From assembly GCA_030531905.1 (NCBI GenBank), contig JAUNMG010000003.1, positions 3,641 to 67,640 on the forward strand: a DNA stretch of 64,000 bases. Reading direction: 5' to 3'. Shown one piece after another: positions 53,791 to 63,671 of the stretch. A program made the translations under genes and the position numbers. The notes beneath the pieces were generated by a model. That model searched no databases, was not told the origin of the DNA, and worked only from the letters and a program-made list of their open reading frames with translations. Numbering within the stretch: the first letter of the stretch is position 1; every line of letters starts with the position of its first letter. Origin of the DNA: a bacterium (GTDB lineage Bacteria; Bacillota_I; Bacilli_A; RF39; UBA660).

Positions 53791-55164
53791 TTAATCATTA
53801 TTTTTTGTTAATACTACTTTTGTAGTGTGTTCCTTACCATCTCTTATGTATGTAACCTCAATAGTATCTCCTGGCTTATTCTTATATAATTCATATCTTA
53901 AATAAGCAGTATCTTTAACCTTTTCACCATTTAACTTAGTAATAACATCTCCTGGTTTCAAATCAGATTTACTTGCTCCGCTACCTTCAGATATTTCAAC
54001 TACTACTGTACCTTCCTTGATACTTTTATCAATTGTAATATCATTTCTACGTAATAATGTAGAATCAGTAACATTAGCCATACTAATACCTAATAATGGC
54101 CATTCTATTTTCTTGCCCTTTTCAAGTTCATCAATATGTGCCATAGCTATTTCTATAGGAATTGCAAATCCCATACCTTCTATCTCATCTTGAACTAATT
54201 TCATAGAGTTAATACCAATTACTTTACCACTAGCATTAACAAGTGGACCACCACTATTTCCAGGATTGATTGCAGCATCTATTTGTAATACTTTCATTAC
54301 CCAATCGCTACTACTTGAATTAGAAACACTTACAGACACTAATCTATCTTTACCAGATAGAATTCCTGATGTTACTGTTCCACGATATTCATATCCCATA
54401 GGTGTACCTACAGTAAAGATTGTATCTCCAACTTTCATATCCTCACTAGAACCAATAGTTGCAACTTGTGGAACCTTATTTTTAGAAATACTCATTACAG
54501 CTAAATCTAAATATTCATCGCCACCAAGAATTTTAGCTTCTATCTCTTCATCATTAGATAAAACAAGTACAACTTTATCAGCATTTGAAACTACGTGTTG
54601 GTTAGTCATAACATACCCATAATTACTATCTTTTTTATAAATAAATCCAGTTCCTGTTGATTGAACCTCACCATTTTTATATGACTGAACCATTACCACA
54701 GAATCATAAACATTTTCAATAGCAGCAGCTAAGCTTGATTTTTCATAAACAGTATTTTTTTTCGTATTAGTTGTTATTTTATCATTACTACTACTTGATA
54801 CCGTTGTATCTAACTTAGATAATAGAGGTGTCCATTTAAGAATTGAAATAACAATTACTGAGGCTACGACTATAGCAAGCACCACTGTAAAGAAAAGTTT
54901 TAATAAACTAGGATTTTTTTTCTTTACCTCTACTTTTCTACTAGTATCATCTTGTTTAAAACTATCAGTCGAAACTTGTTTTTCTATATTTTCACTTGTT
55001 CTTGCTTTTTCTACTTGTTCTTCTATATCACTAGATTTTTCTTTTAGAGATTCTTTCTTTGTAACCTTCTTTTCCTTATTACTCTTATCTGATAATTCAG
55101 AACTTTCTTTTTCTTCTTTTAACTCTTTATCTTTATCAATATTTTTATTTTCTTTTTCATTCAT
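53791..55164 (-). CDS. htrA: HtrA/DegP-family serine protease with a PDZ domain and a long charged N-terminal tail
   Basis: 457 aa with a TM after a Lys/Glu-rich tail. The catalytic motifs are TNQHVV (His), DLAV (Asp) and GNSGGPLVN (Ser). The C-terminal PDZ reads GDVITKLNGEKV. Confidence 0.9.
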   Translation of the reverse strand: MNEKENKNIDKDKELKEEKESSELSDKSNKEKKVTKKESLKEKSSDIEEQVEKARTSENIEKQVSTDSFKQDDTSRKVEVKKKNPSLLKLFFTVVLAIVVASVIVISILKWTPLLSKLDTTVSSSSNDKITTNTKKNTVYEKSSLAAAIENVYDSVVMVQSYKNGEVQSTGTGFIYKKDSNYGYVMTNQHVVSNADKVVLVLSNDEEIEAKILGGDEYLDLAVMSISKNKVPQVATIGSSEDMKVGDTIFTVGTPMGYEYRGTVTSGILSGKDRLVSVSVSNSSSSDWVMKVLQIDAAINPGNSGGPLVNASGKVIGINSMKLVQDEIEGMGFAIPIEIAMAHIDELEKGKKIEWPLLGISMANVTDSTLLRRNDITIDKSIKEGTVVVEISEGSGASKSDLKPGDVITKLNGEKVKDTAYLRYELYKNKPGDTIEVTYIRDGKEHTTKVVLTKNND

Positions 55165-56119
55165 CTTTATCTACACTCCTTTCAATGTTAGCCAACTCAT
55201 TCCAATTTTTAGGAAATCCCATTCTATTTAACACATCATCTATTTTTATTGTTTTTAAATTGTAATCAAGTGTTCTAATTGCATTTTCAATTTCTATTGT
55301 CATTGACCTATACTTATCTTGATCTAATAATTGCCTCATTATAATTAATAGAGCAAAAACGTCATTCTTACCATAAATATATTCACCATCTTGTTTAGGT
55401 ATATCAAGTAGTTTATGATAAATAGTATCATCAATTAGTTTCTGAGTTTTATTTTCATATAAAATATCTTCATGAGCACATAAATTACGATAATTAGATA
55501 AGAATGGTAAGTAAGTAGCAAATGTATCTACATCTAAATTATAAATATCACTTATAGCTTTTTGATCTTCATCTTTCAAAACTAAAAACAATTCACAGAC
55601 TATTCCAAATGATAAAACTTTTACTAAAATCCATAATGGAATATACCCATAATTAGACGCATAATGTTGAGTAGCAGTATGTTGATTTCCATTAATACGT
55701 ATTTGTCTTTTCATCTTTTTTAATAAATCATTTAGTTGTCGCTGTTTATCTGGTCTTCTTGTAAAGTTTTTATTTCTTAAATAATCACTTTCTCTATAAC
55801 CATATTTTTTTGATAATTGATAAGAAAAAATAGATTTAAAATTATTCTCAATAATAAGCAAATTTTTAAATAAAATATTTCTGAATGTTCTATCAAATAG
55901 AAATAAGCTATATAATTCTTCAAAAGTTGTTCCCTTTTTATAAACTCTATTTGAATTAGATATCATAAATAGATGTCTATAGCCATTTAAAAAGAAATAA
56001 TTTTCTCTTAAAAGTACACCTTTAGCATAATCTTCATTAGTTATTACCATGTGCTTTTGTTTTAAAATTTCCACTTGCTCATCAAGAGTTTTAAAATGTT
56101 TATCTATCATTATTCTCAC
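55157..56119 (-). CDS. Abi_2 family protein (AbiD/AbiF-like abortive-infection family)
   Basis: 320 aa. It has NYFFLNGYRH, YGYIPLWILVKVLSFG and YRNLCAHEDILYE (the R-N-x-x-A-H signature). Its stop overlaps the htrA start (ATGAATGA). Confidence 0.7.
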   Translation of the reverse strand: MRIMIDKHFKTLDEQVEILKQKHMVITNEDYAKGVLLRENYFFLNGYRHLFMISNSNRVYKKGTTFEELYSLFLFDRTFRNILFKNLLIIENNFKSIFSYQLSKKYGYRESDYLRNKNFTRRPDKQRQLNDLLKKMKRQIRINGNQHTATQHYASNYGYIPLWILVKVLSFGIVCELFLVLKDEDQKAISDIYNLDVDTFATYLPFLSNYRNLCAHEDILYENKTQKLIDDTIYHKLLDIPKQDGEYIYGKNDVFALLIIMRQLLDQDKYRSMTIEIENAIRTLDYNLKTIKIDDVLNRMGFPKNWNELANIERSVDKDE

Positions 56120-56212
56120 CTACTATAAATTATACCATACATATCTAATAATAAATATGAAAATTTCATGAATTTTTGTGTTATCATATAATTAATCGAA
56201 AGGAATGATTAG

Positions 56213-57178
56213 ATGCCCGCAACTATCACTCATGCTTATTTTGCTGAAGATTTATTTAATATTTTAGATAAAAATACAAAAAAATTAATAAGTAATAAGA
56301 AAAAAGAACTAATGATGTTTTCTCAAAATACTGATCCCTTAATGTTTTATATATTAACACTAAAAAATGGAAAGAAAATAAGAAAATTACAGTTTGTTGC
56401 ACATACAGAAAAAACTAATTTATTTTTTGAGAATACAATTAAATATATTAAAAAAAATAAATATTATAATAATCCTGATGTTTTAGTATTTTTATATGGA
56501 TTCATTTGTCATTTTGTTTTAGATAGCAGAACTCATCCTTTTATTGTATATAAAACTGGATATTTTATAAAAGAAGATAAAAAAACTTATAAATATAATG
56601 GTCTACATAACAATATGGAAGCCTATTTAGATAACTATATGCTTGAAAAACACCATATTTCTAGAATAGGTTTTAAAAAATTTTGCTTTTCATTAGAACC
56701 ATTTACTGAAGAATCAAATGAAGTTATTTCTTATACATTTAAAAAGACTTACAATGTAGATAATATGGATAAGATTTATTATAGTTCATTAAAACAAATG
56801 AATTTTTTCCTTACAACATTTAGACTTGATCCACATAAATATAAAAGTTATATATATAGATTCATTGATAAATTTACATCAAAAAAAACATTCAAACTAG
56901 AGCCAGTTTCTTATAACATAAGAAATAAAAATATAGATTATCTTAACAATAATCATAAAGAATGGAACTATCCTGTTGATAGAACAATTAAAAGTCATAA
57001 AAATTTTGATGAATTATATCAAGATTCCTTAATAGAAGCAAAAAATTTAATCGAAAAAGTTAATGATTACTTTTTTAAAGATACATCTTTAAATATAAAT
57101 TCACTATTTCATAATAGAAGTTATTTAACAGGAATTGATTGTAATAGTAAAAAGAAACAAATATATTTTGAATTCTAG
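56213..57178 (+). CDS. Zinc-dependent phospholipase C family protein
   Basis: 321 aa. It has N-terminal ITHAYFAEDL and FICHFVLDSRTHPF histidine clusters typical of this family. Confidence 0.65.
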   Translation: MPATITHAYFAEDLFNILDKNTKKLISNKKKELMMFSQNTDPLMFYILTLKNGKKIRKLQFVAHTEKTNLFFENTIKYIKKNKYYNNPDVLVFLYGFICHFVLDSRTHPFIVYKTGYFIKEDKKTYKYNGLHNNMEAYLDNYMLEKHHISRIGFKKFCFSLEPFTEESNEVISYTFKKTYNVDNMDKIYYSSLKQMNFFLTTFRLDPHKYKSYIYRFIDKFTSKKTFKLEPVSYNIRNKNIDYLNNNHKEWNYPVDRTIKSHKNFDELYQDSLIEAKNLIEKVNDYFFKDTSLNINSLFHNRSYLTGIDCNSKKKQIYFEF

Positions 57179-57214
57179 TATAAGATAGATATATTCTTAC
57201 CATAATATCTATAG

Positions 57215-58279
57215 GTGAAGAATATGTTTTATAGATATGAAATAAAAAATAATGGAAAAGAAGATGCTTTATACTTATATTTAACTATGACTTATGAATT
57301 TTCTAAGGACTTAGATAGTGATGATGAAAAATCTACTATTCTAGAAAAAACTAAAGAGTTTATTAATAATAATAGTATTAATTATAATGGATCAAAAGTT
57401 TATTTAGTAGTAGATGGTATTATAATTAAAACATTTGATATAAATAAAGAATATATAGTTAAAGATGTATCTAAAGGCAATAAATATTTAAACGATAATT
57501 TCATTATTAATATTAGATATTCCAAAGATAAGTATGAATCTATGACTTTAAAAAATTATTTATTAGGTATTATCGCTACTAATAAGATAAAAGATTTAGA
57601 ATTAACTACTTTAAAATCTTTATGTGTTTTGTATAGAACTTATGCATATAAAGAGATGAAAAAGAATAACTATATTGATTCTAGCAATCCTTATCAAATA
57701 TACAAACCAATTTCATATTATAAGATGTTTTGGTTAGAAAATTACCAAGATAACTTTAATACCATTGAAAAAGCAATAGATGATACTGATGGTGAATTTG
57801 TAACTTACAATAATGAATATATCTACCCATTTATTCATATCTGTAATAATGGTTACACAAGTAAAAATAAAGACTATGAATATCTTGATAAAGTAAGCAG
57901 TCTTTGGGATTATGCATCACCATACTACTTAGAAATTAAAGATTATAACTATAAGGAATTAGAAAAGATATTCAATGAAAATGAAACAACTATTAAAAAG
58001 ATAAATATTACTAAAATTGGAGAAAGTAATCAAATTGAAGAAATTAAGATTGGGCATAAAACCTATAGTGGAGAACACTTTAGAGCTTTACTAAATCTAA
58101 AATCAAGTGATGTTACCTTAATTATAAATCCAACTTTTTTAAGATGTATCACTAAAGGATGGGGTAATCAATATGGACTAAGTCAGTTTGGTGCCAATGA
58201 GATTGCTAAAAACGGAGGAAATTACCTAAGTATTATTAAATACTACTTTAAAGATGTTTCAATAAAAAAATATAAGTAA
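57215..58279 (+). CDS. SpoIID/LytB-domain protein
   Basis: 354 aa. The C-terminal GWGNQYGLSQFGANEIAKNGGNYLSIIKYYFKDV matches the SpoIID G-x-G-x-G-[LM]-S-Q...YY signature. The start is either the GTG at 57215 or the ATG at 57224. Confidence 0.7.
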   Translation: MKNMFYRYEIKNNGKEDALYLYLTMTYEFSKDLDSDDEKSTILEKTKEFINNNSINYNGSKVYLVVDGIIIKTFDINKEYIVKDVSKGNKYLNDNFIINIRYSKDKYESMTLKNYLLGIIATNKIKDLELTTLKSLCVLYRTYAYKEMKKNNYIDSSNPYQIYKPISYYKMFWLENYQDNFNTIEKAIDDTDGEFVTYNNEYIYPFIHICNNGYTSKNKDYEYLDKVSSLWDYASPYYLEIKDYNYKELEKIFNENETTIKKINITKIGESNQIEEIKIGHKTYSGEHFRALLNLKSSDVTLIINPTFLRCITKGWGNQYGLSQFGANEIAKNGGNYLSIIKYYFKDVSIKKYK

Positions 58280-58305
58280 AAAGGATAACCAGTTATAGTT
58301 ATCCT

Positions 58306-58530
58306 TTATTTATTTTTTTCTATCATATATTTAAGGGCTTCATCCGCATCTTTATTTAGATTAATACTACTATCAATAAATTTTGCATAAGCATCTAGAC
58401 TATTACAAAAATCAACTACATCAGCAAGTTCATCATTATATTTAGTTACTATTTGTCTGATATTATTAGAAGAATTAGAAAGACTATCACTTAACCTTTT
58501 AGCCTCATCATAACTAAGTGAACCTAGCAT
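58306..58530 (-). CDS. Small helical protein, 74 aa, T7SS-associated by position
   Basis: It lies downstream of essC/esaB and is predicted to be a helical hairpin. No WxG motif was seen. Confidence 0.4.
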   Translation of the reverse strand: MLGSLSYDEAKRLSDSLSNSSNNIRQIVTKYNDELADVVDFCNSLDAYAKFIDSSINLNKDADEALKYMIEKNK

Positions 58531-58532
58531 AA

Positions 58533-58712
58533 CTATCCCTTCTTTCTACTTTCTTTATCTAAGAAATCAGCACCCTTAATAACCGCTTTCTTAAACTGGT
58601 TAATTTCTTCTATATGAGTCAAACTATCATTATTAGACCAAGAATTTTTTAACTTTTCTAAAATAGAAAATATATTATTTACTTCTTTTACATAATTTTC
58701 ATATTCATTCAT
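58533..58712 (-). CDS. Small helical protein, 59 aa; not in the ORF track
   Basis: MNEYENYVKEVNNIFSILEKLKNSWSNNDSLTHIEEINQFKKAVIKGADFLDKESRKKG, with RBS AGGAGGTG. It sits between the esaB-like gene and the 74-aa gene. Confidence 0.45.
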   Translation of the reverse strand: MNEYENYVKEVNNIFSILEKLKNSWSNNDSLTHIEEINQFKKAVIKGADFLDKESRKKG

Positions 58713-58722
58713 AACACACCTC

Positions 58723-58989
58723 CTAAATTAGAATTATCCTTGAACCGTTTTTTAAATCAGTATCGATAACCTTACTATTTACATCATAAATTTGACCCGT
58801 TGTTTTACTATAAAAATTACTATCTTCTTTGATTTGAAATCCATCACTTGCTAAATCAAGAATACCTCTTTCAATTAGAGTTTTAATAGTACCTATTCTT
58901 TTACTTATAGGAACAAATACGTCATATTCTTTTTCAATTGACGGAACGTATACTTCTAATAAAATTTTATTATTTTCCATTAAAATCAC
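58723..58989 (-). CDS. esaB: EsaB/YukD-like ubiquitin-fold T7SS protein
   Basis: 88 aa and beta-grasp-like (LLEVYVPSIEKEYDVFVP....IGTIK). It lies immediately after essC with abutting stop and start. Confidence 0.6.
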   Translation of the reverse strand: MILMENNKILLEVYVPSIEKEYDVFVPISKRIGTIKTLIERGILDLASDGFQIKEDSNFYSKTTGQIYDVNSKVIDTDLKNGSRIILI

Positions 58990-61900
58990 CTATTCTTCTA
59001 TAAGTTTTACAAGAACTGCCTTACCATTCTTAACAACATATCCAAAATTTTCTGGAATTTCTTCGCGTAATTCACGAGGAGTTGATGTAAGTTTCAATAC
59101 ATATTGATCACTAATACCATTAGCTAACCAAATACCTTCAGATGTATCTATTGATGACTTATACCATTCATCATAAGCAAAAGACTTAAGTTTATCGGCA
59201 TTTTCAATAATTACAAAATGGTCAACATTAAGTTCTTTATTACCACTTAAAACTGTAGTTAATTTGTTTTTAGCATCATCACTTACCCTACTAAGTAAAT
59301 TAGATATTCCAAAAATAAGATAAGTGGTTTTTGGTAATTTTTCTAAAACGTCATCATTATAATTATTATTTTCGTATGTTTCTTTTTGTTTATTATAATT
59401 AGTAGAAATAACTTCTATTATAGATTCGAAGTTAGAATTAATATAGTTTTCTGAAATATCTCCTGGATTAAATATCTTATTAGCATCAATGACAACAACT
59501 TTTTGATAAGAGACTTTCATAAATAACTTTACAAATGGAGTAAAGAAACTAGATTTTGTAGTTATATCACTTGCAGTTACTAAAGATATAGAGTTAGCAC
59601 TAAAATCAAATGTTGCAATATCTAGATTATCTTTTCTAATACCAATTGGGATGGTTTTTAAATGTCCTATTTTTTCCTCAACATTTTCGATTGATACAAC
59701 CTCAGGTAATATTGGTATTCTAGCAGCTGAAGTATCACAAATTTCTCTAAGACGTCTGCAAATTACTTTTATAAATTCAGACATTCTTTCATTTTGATAA
59801 GCATATGCTGTTTGAAATTCATAAACACCATCTAACTCAATTAAACCTCGACCAAATATTCTTGATGGTTCTTTTCTAGTACGTGATTGTAAGACACCAC
59901 TATAATCAGATGAATCATTTAATTGTAAAATTAGATTTTGTTTAAAGTTTTGTCTTAGACGATACCTGATAGCATTAGTACTATTAGTAGATAGAATAAA
60001 GACAACACCATATTTTTCTCCTTCACGAGTTAACTGTGAAATATAATCCTCATACCTATCATAAGTTTCAGAAAAAGCTTCATAGTTATTAATAACTATT
60101 GCGATTAAAGGTAATTTTTTATTACTATGTTCATTATAGAAATTAAATGAACCATTATAGTCAGCAAAGATGCGTTTTCTCTCATCAATAATATCCATTA
60201 TCATTTTAAATAAATTCTCAATTTTTTCATTATCAGTAGTACCCAAAACTCCACCAACTTGAGGAGCTTTTTCAAACACCTTCAATGTTTCAGCACCAAA
60301 ATCTAAAACATAGAAATTAACTTCTTCTGGATTATAAGTAGTAATAGCCGAATAAATAATACTTGAAAGTAGTAATTCCTTACCACTACCACTAGAACCA
60401 AAAATAATGGTATTACCAGATTCAGATAAATTTAAAGTAAGAATATTTTGTCTTTGATTATCTGGATCATCATATTCACCTATTACTAATTCTACCTGAT
60501 TAGATTTAATTTGATAATTATATTTTTTCTTTAAATCTTCTACATAGATAAAGTTCGGAATCTTATCTAACCATAATTGTGGTATTGAAATATGTTCTTC
60601 TTCTGCTACTTTAACTATATATTTAACAATATTAGGTAATTCTTCTCCTTCAGATTTAACTTGAGGAAGATTATCAGAAGAATCAAATGATTTTATAACT
60701 GTTCCTACACTATCTATAAAATCTACTCCGGTATCAACTTTTTTCTTTCTTTTTTCTGTAGGATAATATTGTGCCCCTGCCCAAGCTGATTGTCCTAAAG
60801 CAAACAATTCATTGTATCCTACTTGTAAATAGAAACGTCCTGGATTTTTTAAAGCTGCTGCATCTGGACATTTAATCATATCCATACTATCTGATCTATC
60901 TTGAACTTTTAGACAAATCTTAAATTTAGAGTTAGACCAAATCTGATCATCAACAACACCCGCTGGTTTTTGAGTTGCAAGAATTAAGTGAACCCCTAAA
61001 CTACGTCCAATACGAGCTGTTGAAATTAACTGATCCATAAAATCAGGTTGTTGAGACTTTAATTCTGCAAACTCATCTGAAATTATAAATAAATGTGAAA
61101 TAGGCTCACTAACTTTGCCCTCACGATATAATCTTTGGTATTTATAAATATCAATTGTACTTTCGTTTAGACTATCACGGGCTTCATTAAACTTTCTTTG
61201 TCTTCTTCTAAGCTCACTTTGAATTGAAGCTAAAGCTCTATTCATTTCAATTGTATCAAGATTTGTAATAGTACCAGCTAAATGTGGAAGCTTCATTCCC
61301 GTTTCTTTATTTTGGAATACCCCTGCTAATCCTCCACCTTTATAATCTATTAATACAAAAGATGCTTCATATGGATTAAAGTTAATAGCCATAGATAAAA
61401 TATATGAAATTATAAGTTCACTTTTACCAGAACCAGTCATACCAGCAACTAATCCATGTGGTCCATAGAACTTTTCATGTAAATCAAGCTTAAATTGATC
61501 TCCATTTTTATCAACACCTATTGGTACTTGCAATGATTTAGTAGGATCACTATTTTTCCAACGATTTAAAATATTCAATTGCTCAATCATACCAACATTA
61601 TACATTTCTAAGAAACTAACAACATTAGGAATATTTTTTTCTTCTTTGGCAATATCAATTGGTATATTAGCAAGTCTTTGGCAGTAAAGATTCATATCTA
61701 AATTATTATCATAATCAGCTACAAATTCTTTTTGTTTATTAGAAACTAGTTCATTTTCAAAGATACCTGATTTTTGATCACCAATACTTATAAATGTTTT
61801 ACATTCATTTGGTAGATTTGTAAGTCTAGGGCTTATAATAGCTAGACTGAAACCACAATTTGTTTCTTGAGCAGCTACATCTTTAATAATTTCTAAATCT

Positions 61901-63603
61901 CTAACCATTTTATAGTCATCAGTAATAATCATGTAATATGGCGAATAGTTATCATAATCTTTGTCATCAGTTCTAATTCCTATTTCATCATCACGTTTAT
62001 TTCTTCTTTGAAATTCTTTTTCTAAATATAATGATAATTCTTTCATATCATCAATATTAGTAGCAAAAAATCTCAAAGATTTATCATTATTCCAACAATG
62101 AGGTAGTACTTTCAAGTATTCCCACTTAGATGCATTTTTTTGATTAGTAAATAAAACAATCTTTAAATCTTCATAACTATGAAAAGCCATCATTTGAAGA
62201 ATTAATCCTTCAATAAATTTTTGTTTTTGACGACCTTCACCAATAATAGCTGTTACATAATTTTTAACAAATGATAAAGAAATTGGCACATCTACAAGTA
62301 ATCTAGATTCAGAAGCTACCTTATAAACTAAATTTCTAAGATTGTCTTCTTCTAACGTAAATTTTTGTTCCGGAAATTTAATGTTACCAACTAATTCTGT
62401 TGAACCTACTCCAAGTCTCAAATCAAGAAAATCATCTTGTTTTATTTCTCTTTCCCATAAATTTCTCTTTTTATTAAAAATAATTGCTTTAACTTCTTCT
62501 AAAGGTAAATAATTATCAATTAGAATTTGTCTTTGAACTTTCATTTGAGCAGTTATTTCCTGATGGCGTTTTTCAACATACTCTGTATATTTATCTTGTC
62601 TTAATTTTTCTTTCTTCTTTGCTTGTTTTTTTTGATATTTAGCAGAAAGTAATGGCCATAAAAGCATTGATAAAAGCATTCCAACAGACATTACAAGTGT
62701 TGGCATCGCACTACTTAACTCCTGAGTACCATTTATTACACCAGATAAAGAAGTATAGCCAAAAGCAACTGAACTCATAGCCATTGTAAGCATTGGTCCA
62801 ACTACATAAATCATTGGCATTTCATTTGGTTTTTCTTTTGCTGGTGGATCTTCAACAACGATATCTACAGGTTCAATTTTTGATTTAAATCGTGGTGATC
62901 TAAAGAAATAATCATTCTCATTATAAAAATCTATTCCTTCATCTTCTACTACATCTGCTGCCGTTTGCTTTTGAACTATAGGATTCATAATTGAAAAAGT
63001 ATTACTATCATATCTGATATTATCACCAATAGAATTTACAACAATAAAGTCTTTCATAACAACTATTTTTAATCCCATAATAAAGACAATATCACCATAT
63101 TCTAAGGTTTTAGTAGTAACTGCAACATTATTAACATAAGTACCATACTTACTATTTAAATCTTGAATCACCCAACTACCATTATTGTATATAAATTTAG
63201 CGTGTTGTTTAGAAACTAGTGTATGATTATAATTTATATGAGCATTAAAATCATTTCCAATTAAGATTTCTCCACTACGAATAATTTGAATTTTATTTTC
63301 TTTCTTCTCTATAGAAGGAGAACAATATAAAATAACAAATTCATTATCTGTATTTATTTTTAAAAAGTATAAACTATTTTCTGTTAAATAAGCAGAATCT
63401 ATTTCTTGATTTCCAGACATTACTTTCGTCTCAAAATCACTCTTTATTTTCCATTTTCCATCTTCTGCTTCAATATTTATAAGATTTCTATTGTTACCAG
63501 AACGATCATCGTCTGTTAACCAATAATTACCAGCAACTTTAGTTGGTAAAGAAAAATTATACATTTTTGATTTTTTAATTAATCTAACAATCACTGGTAC
63601 CAC
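58990..63603 (-). CDS. essC: Type VII secretion ATPase EssC (FtsK/SpoIIIE family, N-terminal FHA domains)
   Basis: 1537 aa. It has two N-terminal FHA-like domains (ILIGND....I......VSKQHAKF), two TM segments and three P-loop domains (GMTGSGKSE, GSSGSGKE, and a degenerate third). Confidence 0.9.
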   Translation of the reverse strand: MVPVIVRLIKKSKMYNFSLPTKVAGNYWLTDDDRSGNNRNLINIEAEDGKWKIKSDFETKVMSGNQEIDSAYLTENSLYFLKINTDNEFVILYCSPSIEKKENKIQIIRSGEILIGNDFNAHINYNHTLVSKQHAKFIYNNGSWVIQDLNSKYGTYVNNVAVTTKTLEYGDIVFIMGLKIVVMKDFIVVNSIGDNIRYDSNTFSIMNPIVQKQTAADVVEDEGIDFYNENDYFFRSPRFKSKIEPVDIVVEDPPAKEKPNEMPMIYVVGPMLTMAMSSVAFGYTSLSGVINGTQELSSAMPTLVMSVGMLLSMLLWPLLSAKYQKKQAKKKEKLRQDKYTEYVEKRHQEITAQMKVQRQILIDNYLPLEEVKAIIFNKKRNLWEREIKQDDFLDLRLGVGSTELVGNIKFPEQKFTLEEDNLRNLVYKVASESRLLVDVPISLSFVKNYVTAIIGEGRQKQKFIEGLILQMMAFHSYEDLKIVLFTNQKNASKWEYLKVLPHCWNNDKSLRFFATNIDDMKELSLYLEKEFQRRNKRDDEIGIRTDDKDYDNYSPYYMIITDDYKMVRDLEIIKDVAAQETNCGFSLAIISPRLTNLPNECKTFISIGDQKSGIFENELVSNKQKEFVADYDNNLDMNLYCQRLANIPIDIAKEEKNIPNVVSFLEMYNVGMIEQLNILNRWKNSDPTKSLQVPIGVDKNGDQFKLDLHEKFYGPHGLVAGMTGSGKSELIISYILSMAINFNPYEASFVLIDYKGGGLAGVFQNKETGMKLPHLAGTITNLDTIEMNRALASIQSELRRRQRKFNEARDSLNESTIDIYKYQRLYREGKVSEPISHLFIISDEFAELKSQQPDFMDQLISTARIGRSLGVHLILATQKPAGVVDDQIWSNSKFKICLKVQDRSDSMDMIKCPDAAALKNPGRFYLQVGYNELFALGQSAWAGAQYYPTEKRKKKVDTGVDFIDSVGTVIKSFDSSDNLPQVKSEGEELPNIVKYIVKVAEEEHISIPQLWLDKIPNFIYVEDLKKKYNYQIKSNQVELVIGEYDDPDNQRQNILTLNLSESGNTIIFGSSGSGKELLLSSIIYSAITTYNPEEVNFYVLDFGAETLKVFEKAPQVGGVLGTTDNEKIENLFKMIMDIIDERKRIFADYNGSFNFYNEHSNKKLPLIAIVINNYEAFSETYDRYEDYISQLTREGEKYGVVFILSTNSTNAIRYRLRQNFKQNLILQLNDSSDYSGVLQSRTRKEPSRIFGRGLIELDGVYEFQTAYAYQNERMSEFIKVICRRLREICDTSAARIPILPEVVSIENVEEKIGHLKTIPIGIRKDNLDIATFDFSANSISLVTASDITTKSSFFTPFVKLFMKVSYQKVVVIDANKIFNPGDISENYINSNFESIIEVISTNYNKQKETYENNNYNDDVLEKLPKTTYLIFGISNLLSRVSDDAKNKLTTVLSGNKELNVDHFVIIENADKLKSFAYDEWYKSSIDTSEGIWLANGISDQYVLKLTSTPRELREEIPENFGYVVKNGKAVLVKLIEE

Positions 63604-63671
63604 CCATTCTATCTTTTTATTCTATTTTATTATATCTTTTTTTCATTTAATTTACAACCAGTAATTACTAA

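Noticed and set aside
4761-54622. Antisense ORFs of 60-118 aa in the track: 4761-4955, 11062-11292, 11583-11786, 12108-12296, 12390-12644, 15671-15892, 20318-20560, 20907-21104, 26457-26666, 29038-29322, 29899-30084, 35752-35979, 41225-41416, 48192-48374, 52362-52595 and 54266-54622.
   Set aside because: Each lies wholly or mostly inside a longer opposite-strand gene with clear family motifs. They have Leu/Ile/Phe/Ser-rich compositions typical of shadow frames in AT-rich DNA and no convincing RBS.
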